A stretch of DNA of 64,000 bases from Candidatus Staskawiczbacteria bacterium (GCA_903885445.1 CAISIO010000006.1:15309-79308); one strand, 5' to 3'; shown: positions 27,111-36,876, counted from the first letter of the stretch. The notes: a model not told the origin generated them from the letters alone. Program-made: numbers and translations.

Positions 27111-30100
27111 TTACTGAGCGCTTGTAGCTCTCACGTCGAGAGGCAAGTTCTGTACCAAGTATCCATTCAACCAATCAGCTGACGATGCAGTGATTGTGGC
27201 TGTATGTCCTACGGCTCCAGAGTTTGCGTCAGCACCTGTAGCTGCCATATCAGACCAGATAAAGTTGCTGGTGATGGCGTTGCCCGAGTTGTAAGCGTTA
27301 GCTAACTCCGCGAGATCGCCTCCAGTTGTGCTGGCTAATATGTAGTGCCTTTGAGTTCCGGTATAGTTTGTTGTACCTGTATCTGAACCCAAGCTTACTG
27401 ATACGCTATCTCTTCCGGCTGTGCTTACAACACTGAATGCGTTGCAAGTTGCCTTAACTGTGTAAGTATATGACTGGCCCGCTGGAATTACTTCCTCGGT
27501 GCTGCCTGCCATAGTTACATAGAAAGTTGTAGCGCCTGCGTTCTTAGTGATAGAAGCGGCTCCTGTTACGGCGTTTCCGCTTGCATCATCTATAGTAACC
27601 AATGATGTGATATCTGTTGAACCCCTGAAGAACTTGAAAGCGTTCAAAGCAGGAGTGCCTGTGCCAGATCCATTGTTGACTGTGATCGGGAAGCCCAACT
27701 GTTTCCAAGAAACTGGGCCTGCTGGATCAGCAGCAATTGTGAATTGGTATATAGATGCCTGAGCTCCTGATACAACTGAACCTCCAACGAAGCTGGCAGG
27801 AACAGTGACTGTCGGGAGCGAGTGGTAAACAATCTGTACATTGGCATCTTTTGCCAAACCATTGGTCGCGGCGACCGTATCAGAGTTTCCAGAGCTGTTC
27901 ATGTATTTGATTCCGCCTTGGCTATTCATGTATTTAACTTCGTCCAAGGTGACCTGAGTGTTGATGTAATCTGTTCCAGCTGTTGCTGAAGCAGGTGCCA
28001 AATCCAAGTAGACATCAACAAATTTTGTTGTGTTTGCCGGGACGGCAATTGACAATCCGCTGAAGTAGGCTGTGTCGTTGGCAGCGCTGATTTGCGTGTC
28101 AAACGGCCTTGTGCCTAATACAGTTGAACCATCCTTCAAAATAGCGTCGTTCATTGCGGCAGATGCTCCTGAAATGGTCTTAATCTTCATTTCTGTGACT
28201 GTAAAGGAGTCATTGGCAGCGGTAAATTGATATCTGCCTGCCAAAATCTGTTGTCCGCCGATAACGTTGCCTGTTTGAGGCGTGCTAGCAAATGCAGGTG
28301 TTAAATAACCTGATGTGAATATAATTTGCTGGCCGGTTGTGGTTGAGGTTGTGGAACCAGAATTTGTATCTGTGGCTGAACTGCCGGTTGTTCCATCAAC
28401 ATATGCTCCAACTCTGGCTGTACCGCTGGTGCTTGCATTTAAATCTGCAAAAACCATAAAGTCTTTTGTCGTGCCAGGAGCCAAACTATAATTTACAGAC
28501 CAAGTGTTTTGGTAAGCTGAAATAGTAGGCTTTGTTGTCGTTGTGTCATTGCCAAATTTTACATACAAGTTTGTTGCGTATGTGCTGGCAACAGCATTCA
28601 AGTTGACTTGAAGCGTGCTTACGTTGACTGTTTCAACACTGTCGTTGGACACTGTGAAGTGACCAATTTTGTAGTTGGTTACAGGAGCAACAGGGCTCTG
28701 GTTTGTGTACGCTGTGTACTTAGACAGAGTCAAGCTTCCCACTTTAACTGTCAAAGAATTAGCTGCGATTGTTCCGGCAGGAACTGTGGTTGTTGACGAA
28801 GATGTCAAACCAGTCGCGTTGCCTGCAAGTGTGAGCAATCTTGCTGTTAAAGTGTCGTTTGATTGTAGACCATATGTGCTGGCTGTGTAGCCGACCAAAT
28901 AATCATAGATATCGGCTTTCACTTCCAACGTGACCGGTGTACCTGGGGTAACGATTAACGAAGAACCCAAGGTGAATGTTGTGTAGAAAGGTGTTCCTCC
29001 GCCTCCTGTTGAAGCTGAGTTGCAGAACAAGGTTGATGTGCTGCCAATTTGTACTCCGTTGGCATACAAGGCACCATTCCTTAATCCTTTAACATCAGAT
29101 TGTGCGTTGGCGCAAGTAACATCAACTTTCAAACTGTCGATTTTAACCTTTTCGCCATTGGCCTTTATGATATATTTTGCCAATGTCTGGCTGGAAGCTG
29201 TATTGATAACATTTCCAGATGGAGAATCAGTTGCTTTGGTAACTGTTATTGTTCCAGAGCTGATTGTGCATCCATAAGTTGAGCTGTTATCATAGCAGTT
29301 TCTCAAGGCGCTGAAAGCTGAGCTGCTTACTACTGTTGGCAATACGTTTGCTCCGTATTGTGTATCAACGAAAGTTACATCAGCCGCTGTTTTTAATGAG
29401 AAGCTGAATGTTCTTGAAGAGCCGCCAATAAGGTCGGCTAAAACTTTAATTGGGTGGGTGCCTGTCTCCAATCTCTTTGGAGCGGATGTCAAATCAAATG
29501 TTATTTTGCCATTTGAATCTAATCCTGCGACCGCTGAACCAACTTGGACTCCATCAATGTATAATCTGAAATTTTGAATATCAGAGAAGTTGATGCTTCC
29601 AATTTCTGTTAAAGCTAATCTGGTCAAGTTAACTGCTCTTGTGCCGACAGAAAGACCATTGTGCTGCCAAACAGCGAAATCTGTTTGAGGATCAACGGTT
29701 GTTAAAGTTGGCAAAACAGATGTGGCGATTGCGCCAGCGAAGTTAACTGTGGCCAATGTGCTTGCGCTACCGATAAGGTTCATTGAATTTCCGGTTACTG
29801 GGAAATTGCCTCTTATGGAGCTGGCATTTGTTGTGATATCAGTTGAAGCAGCTAAGCTGACTCCCACTGTTTCTCCGGCTGTGCCGGTAACATCTGCCAT
29901 AACAGTTACGGTTATTGAACCGCCTGCTGGGACCATTAAAAGTCCTGTTGAATCGTTGAAAGAAACGACACCTGAAGAAACGCTGGCTGCGTCTGTTAAA
30001 CGAGTCGCGCCATTAAACAGGTATACGTTTACTAAATCTGAATCGGCTGAAACTCCTGTTTTATGAAGTTTCAATCCTGTTACAGTAACTTGGGCATTAT

Positions 30101-30755
30101 CTCCGTTAACAAATACAAACTTTGCTAATGGGGCTGTTGCCTGGCCAATAACAACCGAGCTTGCTGCTGGATTGTCTGCGGCTAACATTACTTGAAGGCC
30201 TGCTCCTGTTGGGATAATTACAGGTACGCCATTTCCGCAAGACTGTCCTGTTATCGGGCTAAAGCCTGATGTTGAGGTGCAACCTTGTGGCAAGGTGGTA
30301 ACTGGTGTTCCGGATGTTCCAAGAAGCGCGTTTAATGCGGCTCTTGTTTGTGGTCCAACCTGATTGGCTGGCACCATTCCTTTTGCTGCCTGGAATTGTT
30401 TAACAACTGCTAAGGTTCTTGTACCAAAGTAAGATGTTTCCATTCCCGGTGATCCTGCTCCTGATGCTGCAAGAGTATAACCGTTGGTGTTCAAAAGAAC
30501 TTGCAGACATTTTACGTCTGATCCTGTTGAACCAACTGTTAAGTTTCTTGTAAATGTAACTCCGCTGCAAGCAACTACTCCGGTTGGAACCGGGGTGGCG
30601 CCTGTGCCTCCTTGCAAAGACAATAATTGCGACTGTAAGGCCTGTATTTGGGCCAATAAGTCTGACAACTGGTCAGCTTGAGTTACTCCAGGAACAGCTA
30701 CTGCAACCATGGCTAAAGCCAATATGGTTGTTATAATTGTTCTTTTAATACTCAT
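27111..30755 (-). CDS. Giant secreted/cell-surface protein with peptidoglycan-binding domain (S-layer-like candidate)
   Basis: 1214 aa. It has an N-terminal anchor, the coiled coil QLSDLLAQIQALQSQLLSLQ, and a PG_binding_1-like segment (GSTGSDVKCLQVLLN...GPQTRAALNALL). About 1000 aa of T/S/A/G/V-rich beta-type sequence follows. Confidence 0.6.
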   Translation of the reverse strand: MSIKRTIITTILALAMVAVAVPGVTQADQLSDLLAQIQALQSQLLSLQGGTGATPVPTGVVACSGVTFTRNLTVGSTGSDVKCLQVLLNTNGYTLAASGAGSPGMETSYFGTRTLAVVKQFQAAKGMVPANQVGPQTRAALNALLGTSGTPVTTLPQGCTSTSGFSPITGQSCGNGVPVIIPTGAGLQVMLAADNPAASSVVIGQATAPLAKFVFVNGDNAQVTVTGLKLHKTGVSADSDLVNVYLFNGATRLTDAASVSSGVVSFNDSTGLLMVPAGGSITVTVMADVTGTAGETVGVSLAASTDITTNASSIRGNFPVTGNSMNLIGSASTLATVNFAGAIATSVLPTLTTVDPQTDFAVWQHNGLSVGTRAVNLTRLALTEIGSINFSDIQNFRLYIDGVQVGSAVAGLDSNGKITFDLTSAPKRLETGTHPIKVLADLIGGSSRTFSFSLKTAADVTFVDTQYGANVLPTVVSSSAFSALRNCYDNSSTYGCTISSGTITVTKATDSPSGNVINTASSQTLAKYIIKANGEKVKIDSLKVDVTCANAQSDVKGLRNGALYANGVQIGSTSTLFCNSASTGGGGTPFYTTFTLGSSLIVTPGTPVTLEVKADIYDYLVGYTASTYGLQSNDTLTARLLTLAGNATGLTSSSTTTVPAGTIAANSLTVKVGSLTLSKYTAYTNQSPVAPVTNYKIGHFTVSNDSVETVNVSTLQVNLNAVASTYATNLYVKFGNDTTTTKPTISAYQNTWSVNYSLAPGTTKDFMVFADLNASTSGTARVGAYVDGTTGSSATDTNSGSTTSTTTGQQIIFTSGYLTPAFASTPQTGNVIGGQQILAGRYQFTAANDSFTVTEMKIKTISGASAAMNDAILKDGSTVLGTRPFDTQISAANDTAYFSGLSIAVPANTTKFVDVYLDLAPASATAGTDYINTQVTLDEVKYMNSQGGIKYMNSSGNSDTVAATNGLAKDANVQIVYHSLPTVTVPASFVGGSVVSGAQASIYQFTIAADPAGPVSWKQLGFPITVNNGSGTGTPALNAFKFFRGSTDITSLVTIDDASGNAVTGAASITKNAGATTFYVTMAGSTEEVIPAGQSYTYTVKATCNAFSVVSTAGRDSVSVSLGSDTGTTNYTGTQRHYILASTTGGDLAELANAYNSGNAITSNFIWSDMAATGADANSGAVGHTATITASSADWLNGYLVQNLPLDVRATSAQ

Positions 30756-30902
30756 TTTTGTGTGTTTTTGAATTAATTTTTATTTTTTATGTTTCTCGCC
30801 TGTCGACCTTATCGCTCGCGGCTTTACGTACTAACCACGAACAATGGCTCGTCCATTGATAAATTAAATGGCAAAGAAGTACGAATCCTCCGCCACATCA
30901 AA

Positions 30903-31619
30903 TTATTTATTTATAAGCAATATCTTTTCTAGCGCATCCGTATATTTCCCCTGAAAATATAAATCTTTTGCTTCGTCCAATGCTTTATTTTGCTCGTCGG
31001 TTAATGTCATTTTGCTCAAATCCGCAATCTGGCTTTGCACAACCGCCTGGTACAAATCTTTTACATCCTGGTTGGCTGACAAATCTGTCCCTGGGACATC
31101 GGCCAATGTTTTTAAACTGTTTGCGATATCTTTCATTGTCTGAGGATCCTGCGCTGGATTGTTTTTTAAATTCTGGGTCAAATCCTTTGCCTTCGCGCTT
31201 ATATCTTTAATCGCCGACGTGCTGGTTGTTTTCTGATTCTTTGCGACTTGGACTAAATTATTCAACGCTACGGCGTCTTGTTTCACCGGGGATTGCACTG
31301 TTAAAGCTGCTGGAGTCTGTTCAGGCAAAGCTCCAGGTTGCATAAACCTGCTGAATCCGAAAACTCCAAAAACCAATAAAAGTATTGCCGCGAAAGCATA
31401 TGCTAATTTCCTTTGGCCTGTACCCCGAGGGGCAAAAAACAGCGAAGAGATAGTATCCATAAAGCTTACTGGTTTTACTTCCGAAGCCAAAATAACTGCT
31501 TCAGCCTTCTTTTCAGACAAGATTTGTGATTTAAGCAAAACAGCCCATTCTTTCCTGGGTTTGATTTCTTTGAGCGTTTTTATCTGCTCAATCAGTTGTT
31601 TTTGGGTTATTCTAGTCAT
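30903..31619 (-). CDS. Putative anti-sigma factor / membrane-anchored partner of the ECF sigma
   Basis: 238 aa with a single central TM helix (LAYAFAAILLLVFGVFGF). It lies immediately downstream of the ECF sigma gene. The assignment rests on context only. Confidence 0.4.
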   Translation of the reverse strand: MTRITQKQLIEQIKTLKEIKPRKEWAVLLKSQILSEKKAEAVILASEVKPVSFMDTISSLFFAPRGTGQRKLAYAFAAILLLVFGVFGFSRFMQPGALPEQTPAALTVQSPVKQDAVALNNLVQVAKNQKTTSTSAIKDISAKAKDLTQNLKNNPAQDPQTMKDIANSLKTLADVPGTDLSANQDVKDLYQAVVQSQIADLSKMTLTDEQNKALDEAKDLYFQGKYTDALEKILLINK

Positions 31620-31668
31620 TATATGCTCTGTATAGGTATGACGCTTGATAGTGCTAATTTGTTACAAA

Positions 31669-32178
31669 CTAAGCTTCTTTAATCATGTCCTTCAAATCAT
31701 TTAATCCCCTGTGCAACATCACCCTTACTGTTCCCGCTGGCTTACCCAATAATTCTGCTATATTCGCTATGGGCATATCTTCTAAATAATGCCAGATTAT
31801 TATGTCCTGGTGCTCTTTTTTTAGCTTTGCGATTGCTTTTTTAACTATCCCTATATCGGCGCTCAAGATTGCCTTATCCTGGGCATTTGTCCCAGGGTCA
31901 ACCATTTCTGGACCGTTATCTGCCAAGACCACTTTTGTCCTGCCCTTTTCCCTGTAATAATCAACAACCGCATTCCTGGCTATTTGATACAGAAAAGCGC
32001 CTGGATTTTTTATCTCAGAACCAGGGTTTTGGAACGCTTCCCACCCCTTGGTAAATACCTTAGATGTGACATCTTCAGCCACCTCCTGGGAATTAACCTT
32101 TAGGTAAACAAACCTATATATTTTATCGATATATTGGTCGTAAATCCGTCCAAATTGTTCGTTTAGGCTATCTGTCAT
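31669..32178 (-). CDS. ECF-type RNA polymerase sigma factor (sigma-70 family, group 4)
   Basis: 169 aa with region 2 (IYRFVYLKV...AEDVTSKVFTKGW) and region 4 (IIIWHYLEDMPIANIAELLGKPAGTVRVMLHRGL). Confidence 0.85.
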   Translation of the reverse strand: MTDSLNEQFGRIYDQYIDKIYRFVYLKVNSQEVAEDVTSKVFTKGWEAFQNPGSEIKNPGAFLYQIARNAVVDYYREKGRTKVVLADNGPEMVDPGTNAQDKAILSADIGIVKKAIAKLKKEHQDIIIWHYLEDMPIANIAELLGKPAGTVRVMLHRGLNDLKDMIKEA

Positions 32179-32190
32179 TTAAGTCTAAAT

Positions 32191-32222
32191 ATTATAACAA
32201 AAATCGTTAAAAGTCAACGATT
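32191..32222 (-). promoter_or_regulatory. Candidate promoter of the ECF sigma gene with an overlapping 7-bp palindrome
   Basis: On the minus strand it reads TTGACT (32212-32217), N15, TG-extended TATAAT (32191-32196). The palindrome AATCGTT/AACGATT (32202-32208 / 32216-32222) overlaps the -35 and spacer. Confidence 0.4.
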
Positions 32223-32286
32223 TTGTGCTCATTTTTGATAGGACAAGGTATTTATGATTGAATGTCCCATCTATTACCTTTTTGTC

Positions 32287-32922
32287 CTATCCCTTCACCC
32301 TATAAAATATCTGGTTAAAGTCCCCTAGCCTCACTATTTTACCGGCCTCAATTAACTCGTCTAAATCCCTTCTTATCGTCCTTTTTGTTATGTCCGGCAA
32401 TATCGTTTGTAAATCCATAACCTGCGCCTTTTCGTTTCTCCCCAAAAATTCAAGTATCTGTTTTTGACGGTCTTCCGCCCTGCTTAATACGGGATTGGCG
32501 ACTGCAACGGGTGCTTCTTGCGTTTTTTTATCCGGCGTTGGCGCGCCACCCATGCCCGGCAGTTTTTGGGTTAATTCTGGAGTACCCATTGGGTCGGGCT
32601 CGATCCCTTTTCTTATCTTTTCATATTCATTGGCGATGATAAGACAGTTGACCGAGTTCAACCATCCTTGTGACTTGCCAACCCATAAATAGCCCAGGAG
32701 GATATCTATATCCTCTAAAATATGTACTTTAATTTTCTCATTTTGAAATGACGCCCAGCCGCTGGTTTCGTTAATTAAAACCAAATGTTCCATTATCGAC
32801 AACGCTTTATCTTTCGCCCGGTTTTTCAACGGGTCTGACTCGGGGAAAAAATCCAAAACTTTATAAACCGCGTTTGTTAATTTTAGAATCTTGTCTTCCA
32901 TAATAGTTCCTAAATTTAACAA
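32287..32922 (-). CDS. Transcriptional regulator with C-terminal DeoR-type HTH
   Basis: 211 aa. The C-terminus ILEFLGRNEKAQVMDLQTILPDITKRTIRRDLDELIEAGKIVRLG is a DeoR-like wHTH. The N-terminal domain is unassigned. Confidence 0.5.
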   Translation of the reverse strand: MLNLGTIMEDKILKLTNAVYKVLDFFPESDPLKNRAKDKALSIMEHLVLINETSGWASFQNEKIKVHILEDIDILLGYLWVGKSQGWLNSVNCLIIANEYEKIRKGIEPDPMGTPELTQKLPGMGGAPTPDKKTQEAPVAVANPVLSRAEDRQKQILEFLGRNEKAQVMDLQTILPDITKRTIRRDLDELIEAGKIVRLGDFNQIFYRVKG

Positions 32923-33013
32923 AAATTAGGATAGAAGTCAAAAAACATCTCAAATAAGACATTCAACAATTGTAGCATAATTATTTCCATGTTTCACCTG
33001 TGAATAAGTAATT

Positions 33014-33037
33014 AAAAAACAAGCCGAGCCAGCCTGT
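33014..33037 (-). terminator. Intrinsic terminator after rlmN
   Basis: On the minus strand the stem ACAGGC/GCTTGT (one G-U pair) is followed by T6 (plus-strand A-run 33014-33019). Confidence 0.55.
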
Positions 33038-33046
33038 TTTTTAATG

Positions 33047-34063
33047 CTATTTGTTTGTCGCAAATTGCCCGCAGGCAGCCTCGATGTCGTCGCCGAATCT
33101 GTATCTTTGGGAAAATACAATTTTATTCTTTTTTAAAATTTCCTTAAATTTTTCAACTCTTTGGGTTATTGACGGCTTAAAAATTCCGGTTGCGTTATAT
33201 AAAATTAAGTTCACGTAATAAAGCGGTTTTTTCATCAACATGGCCAGTTCTTGGGCGCAGTTATCAGAATCATTAACGTCTTTTATTAAAACATATTCAA
33301 ACATAACCTGCCTGTTTGTTTTTTTTATATAGCCATCAACCGCTTTCAAAACAACCGGCAAGGGATATTTTTTGTCTATTGGCATCAGTTTTTCCCTCAG
33401 CTCATTGTTTGGAGCATGCAAAGAAATCGCCAAATTAACCTGCAAATCTTCTGCAGAAAACTTTTTTATACCCTCAACAATCCCCGATGTTGAAACAGAA
33501 ATTGACCTGGCGCCGATATTAAAAAATTCCTTGTCGTTCAAAACTCTTATTGATTTTAAAACATTTTCATAATTTAAAAATGGTTCGCCCATTCCCATGT
33601 AAGTTACATTGGTAACTTTTTTGCCTTCAGATTTCAAATATCTATCAAAAAATATAACTTGCTCTATAATTTCGTCAGAAGTTAAATTTCTTTTAAGCCC
33701 CATCTTCCCTGTAGCGCAGAACAAACATCCCAAAGGGCATCCAACCTGACAAGAAACGCAAACAGTATTCCTGCCACTCGCCTCGGGTCGAAGCGGGTCT
33801 TCGTGCCTCATTAAAACAGTTTCAATCATAAATCCGTCTTTCAAGGTAATCCTAGCTTTCACGCTGTCTTCTTTTTTAGAAACCAAAACGTCCGCCCTAA
33901 TTTCCAGCGGGCATTCTTTGTTCAACTTATCCCTCAAATCTTTAGCAAAAAAAGTCGCCTCTGACCAATCAGAGATAAAATTTTTAAAAACCGCCTCCCT
34001 CGCCTGTTTTACGCGGTACTTCGGCTCATTCTCTAAAACTTTTTCTAAATTTATTAAATCCAT
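33047..34063 (-). CDS. rlmN: 23S rRNA/tRNA adenine-C2 methyltransferase RlmN (radical SAM)
   Basis: 338 aa with the radical-SAM cluster CPLGCLFCATG preceded by CVSCQVGC. MGMGEPFLN and the C-terminal catalytic Cys region are present. Confidence 0.85.
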   Translation of the reverse strand: MDLINLEKVLENEPKYRVKQAREAVFKNFISDWSEATFFAKDLRDKLNKECPLEIRADVLVSKKEDSVKARITLKDGFMIETVLMRHEDPLRPEASGRNTVCVSCQVGCPLGCLFCATGKMGLKRNLTSDEIIEQVIFFDRYLKSEGKKVTNVTYMGMGEPFLNYENVLKSIRVLNDKEFFNIGARSISVSTSGIVEGIKKFSAEDLQVNLAISLHAPNNELREKLMPIDKKYPLPVVLKAVDGYIKKTNRQVMFEYVLIKDVNDSDNCAQELAMLMKKPLYYVNLILYNATGIFKPSITQRVEKFKEILKKNKIVFSQRYRFGDDIEAACGQFATNK

Positions 34064-34068
34064 ATATA

Positions 34069-34719
34069 TTATAAATTATTTGCCAGCCATTCTCTGAAAA
34101 GGGCTGGCCTAAAAACCGAAAGCGCATGGGCGCCGAGCTTAGCATATCGTAATTGTTTTTTATAATTTTCATTACCAGCTGGCACAAATTTCAAACCATT
34201 TTTCATAGCTTCATTCACAAACCCGCTTGTGACCCCCAATGGTACGGGGTTTATCCAATTCGCTCCTGCCTCAAGCGCTTTTTTAATGCATCTGCGAGTT
34301 GGCAAACAATGGTAATTAATAATCCACGCAGGCTCTTTTTCCCTGATACATTTAAGAACTTTTGAATAAAAAGATCCTGCGACAGCCTGTCCTTTATAAT
34401 ACTTTTTAATTAATTTCAGCAAAGCGTCTATTTTTCCCTTTGATAATCTTTCTTTTATATCAACGTAAAGCATCGCCCGACTATCTAGTGTCTTTAGCAA
34501 TAATTCAAAAGATTCCGCATTATTTTTCAGAGAAAAAAGCTTGGGGTGGTGTCCGATAAAACAACCTTTTTTATTACAAACAACGTCAATCTCCACAATA
34601 TCTGCGCGCTCTTTTATGGACCGTTCAACCGCTCGGCAAGAATTTTCCTTTATTCCTGAATGTTTGCATCCCCTGTGCCCAATTATCAACGGTAATTTTT
34701 TAGAAATATCTGAATCCAT
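34069..34719 (-). CDS. Glycerophosphodiester phosphodiesterase (GDPD) family protein
   Basis: 216 aa. IIGHRG...ENS...VEIDV is the GDPD N-terminal catalytic pattern. Confidence 0.7.
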   Translation of the reverse strand: MDSDISKKLPLIIGHRGCKHSGIKENSCRAVERSIKERADIVEIDVVCNKKGCFIGHHPKLFSLKNNAESFELLLKTLDSRAMLYVDIKERLSKGKIDALLKLIKKYYKGQAVAGSFYSKVLKCIREKEPAWIINYHCLPTRRCIKKALEAGANWINPVPLGVTSGFVNEAMKNGLKFVPAGNENYKKQLRYAKLGAHALSVFRPALFREWLANNL

Positions 34720-34764
34720 TTATGGTTTTATATTATACTTTTTCCTGACTTTTGCAAAAATTCG

Positions 34765-36876
34765 CTAAAATAATTCAGTATCGACGGTAATTGTGTAGGG
34801 AGTAACATAGTCATTAAAATCATCTCCAGCCGCATCTTCGATGTGGATTTTTAACCTGTATAATCCATCGGCTAAGGTTTTTCCCGATGTAGATATAGCA
34901 CCATTCCAAGTTTCGCTGCATTTGTTTGTTCCATCACAACTCAAGGGTAAATTATAGTCTTTTCGTATATCCGGGTCTAAGTCATTTTCAATTATCATGT
35001 GTACCCATTTAACATTTTCATTAGCAGTAAGATCAATTCGCACAGGATTTTCAGCCGGATTCGCAACAATATTTTGTGCTATCCCGTTAAAAGTATATTC
35101 TATAATTACCGGCAATACTACAGCCGGATTAACAGTAATCGTGTAAGTTGCCGTCTGTCCGACGAAAGTGATGGTTAAAACTTGGCCCGATACGGGCACA
35201 GAACTGTCAAAACCGGCGATATCCGCTGGTGCTATTGTTTCGGCTTTCGTGCTGCCATCGCTGTAAGTTCCGGTAACAACCAATCCCGTAATATCTAAAG
35301 CATCTCCGACAGTATAAATTAATTTATTCGCTGGAGTTGTAATTACAATACTTTCAATTGTCGGCAAAACTGGTTCTGACCATTTTATATTCTGGGCTTT
35401 CGGCGTAGGAGTATCAATTTCAAAATCAGATGAATTGTCGTCTGTATCTTGTTCTGCCCCGTCCGATATAAACTTCCTGCCGATGCTTTGGCCAGAGCTC
35501 GGGCTCACGGTTGCCAACAGTTCAAAATCTAGCGCGCCTCCAAAACCCAATTTGTCAGAAATGTCGCCGTTTGGATTTTTCAAGGCAAAGGAATTATTAT
35601 CGGTAACCGCATAGTCAGTAAAAATATCCGCTAAATCGGCATAATATCCGGTTCTGGCAATTAAAAAATACCCGTTTGCAGTTATTGTTTTACCAGCGAA
35701 TAAACTGCCTGGAGCATAAGTTGACCAGGCTGAGCCGGAAGCTGTCTTCTTTTGTAAATACCAGCTAGTTAAATCAACATCTTCGTTGTTTGGGTTATAT
35801 AATTCCACAAATTCCTGTTTTTCATCAGATGCGCCCGCCGGCAAAACCTCGCTTATTAAAATATTTTTAAGCACGGGCGCGACAATGCCTCCGCCACCAG
35901 ATGAAATCTGCGTTTGCGGTTGAGAATACGCCACATTCATTCTTTTTGGAGTAGGGATTTGTATTTCAAAATCAAAAGAGTTGTTATTTGTTTCCATTTC
36001 CTCTCCATTCAAGAATTTTCTGCCGATACTTTGGCCCGCGCCGGGATTTTGGGTAGATAACAATTCCTGATCTGAGGCATCTCCAAAACCTAATTTATCG
36101 GAAATATCTCCATTGGAAGTTTTCAAGGCAAAAGAATTATCATCTGTGATGGGGTTGTCTGTAAAAATATCACAGTAGTGGGTGAAATAATAACCACTCC
36201 GGCAAATTAAAAAATACCCTTGTGCCGGAATAAACTTTCCTTGGAAGCTTTCCGGTAAAACAAAAGAGCTCCAGCCATTTGCGGTTTTTGTTTTTCTTTG
36301 CAAATACCAACCGGTCAAATCAATATCTTTGCCACTGGGATTGTACAATTCCACAAATTCCTGCGTCTGGTCGCTTTGTGCCGCCGCTTGCACCTCGGAA
36401 ATTAATACATTTAGCAAACCCGTACTGCCAACCGCGATTTCGTCTGCCTTAATTTTATCTCGGTTATCATTATTTCCTTGTAAAACATCTCCGCTGGTTA
36501 ATTGGCTTTCCATTTTTTGCTCTGCAACAAGCTCTTGAACTTGGTAGCTTATAACGTCTAATTTCTCCTGGATATTGTCCAGCTGGTCTTGAACGCTTTC
36601 GCCCGTCTGCGCAGGCAGGCTTGGCGCGATAATTAGATTTTGATTTTCATTGTTATCTACGGAATCTTCAACAATCTCTTCTGGAGGAAAATCTTGGTCT
36701 GTATCCATTGCCGGGATTACATCCTCGCTTGTGGAGCTTGATGTTAAAGAGGCAGATAAAAACCTTAAAAACCCTTTGTCGGGGCTTGCAAATGCATTCC
36801 AAACAAAAAATACCGCGGTAAGAACAACGATAAAAAAACTTATTAAAAAATAAAAAACCGCGCCCCTAGAAAGCAT
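34765..36876 (-). CDS. Secreted protein with two lamin-tail domains (LTD) and C-terminal Ig-like domains
   Basis: 703 aa with an N-terminal TM/signal sequence. Two ~160-aa LTD copies are present (ISEV...EFVELYNP...DLTGWYLQ...SFAL...GDISDKLGFG...QSIGRKF), followed by beta-rich Ig-like segments. Confidence 0.7.
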   Translation of the reverse strand: MLSRGAVFYFLISFFIVVLTAVFFVWNAFASPDKGFLRFLSASLTSSSTSEDVIPAMDTDQDFPPEEIVEDSVDNNENQNLIIAPSLPAQTGESVQDQLDNIQEKLDVISYQVQELVAEQKMESQLTSGDVLQGNNDNRDKIKADEIAVGSTGLLNVLISEVQAAAQSDQTQEFVELYNPSGKDIDLTGWYLQRKTKTANGWSSFVLPESFQGKFIPAQGYFLICRSGYYFTHYCDIFTDNPITDDNSFALKTSNGDISDKLGFGDASDQELLSTQNPGAGQSIGRKFLNGEEMETNNNSFDFEIQIPTPKRMNVAYSQPQTQISSGGGGIVAPVLKNILISEVLPAGASDEKQEFVELYNPNNEDVDLTSWYLQKKTASGSAWSTYAPGSLFAGKTITANGYFLIARTGYYADLADIFTDYAVTDNNSFALKNPNGDISDKLGFGGALDFELLATVSPSSGQSIGRKFISDGAEQDTDDNSSDFEIDTPTPKAQNIKWSEPVLPTIESIVITTPANKLIYTVGDALDITGLVVTGTYSDGSTKAETIAPADIAGFDSSVPVSGQVLTITFVGQTATYTITVNPAVVLPVIIEYTFNGIAQNIVANPAENPVRIDLTANENVKWVHMIIENDLDPDIRKDYNLPLSCDGTNKCSETWNGAISTSGKTLADGLYRLKIHIEDAAGDDFNDYVTPYTITVDTELF
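35395..36417 (-). repeat. Internal tandem duplication encoding LTD copy 1 (35941-36417) and copy 2 (35395-35871)
   Basis: aa 154-312 and aa 336-494 align end to end at roughly 60% identity by eye. They are separated by a Gly-rich linker (SSGGGG). Confidence 0.75.

Noticed and set aside
27890-27950. Short direct repeat (TTCATGTATTT twice) inside the giant surface-protein gene
   Set aside because: It simply encodes a duplicated peptide (IKYMNS) within a low-complexity protein. It is too short and isolated to count as a repeat element.
30781-30900. Possible tRNA because of a CGAATCC string in a GC-rich intergenic patch
   Set aside because: The flanking 5-nt segments are not complementary, so there is no T-stem. 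No D-arm or acceptor pairing could be drawn on either strand. I treat it as part of the structured mRNA leader instead.
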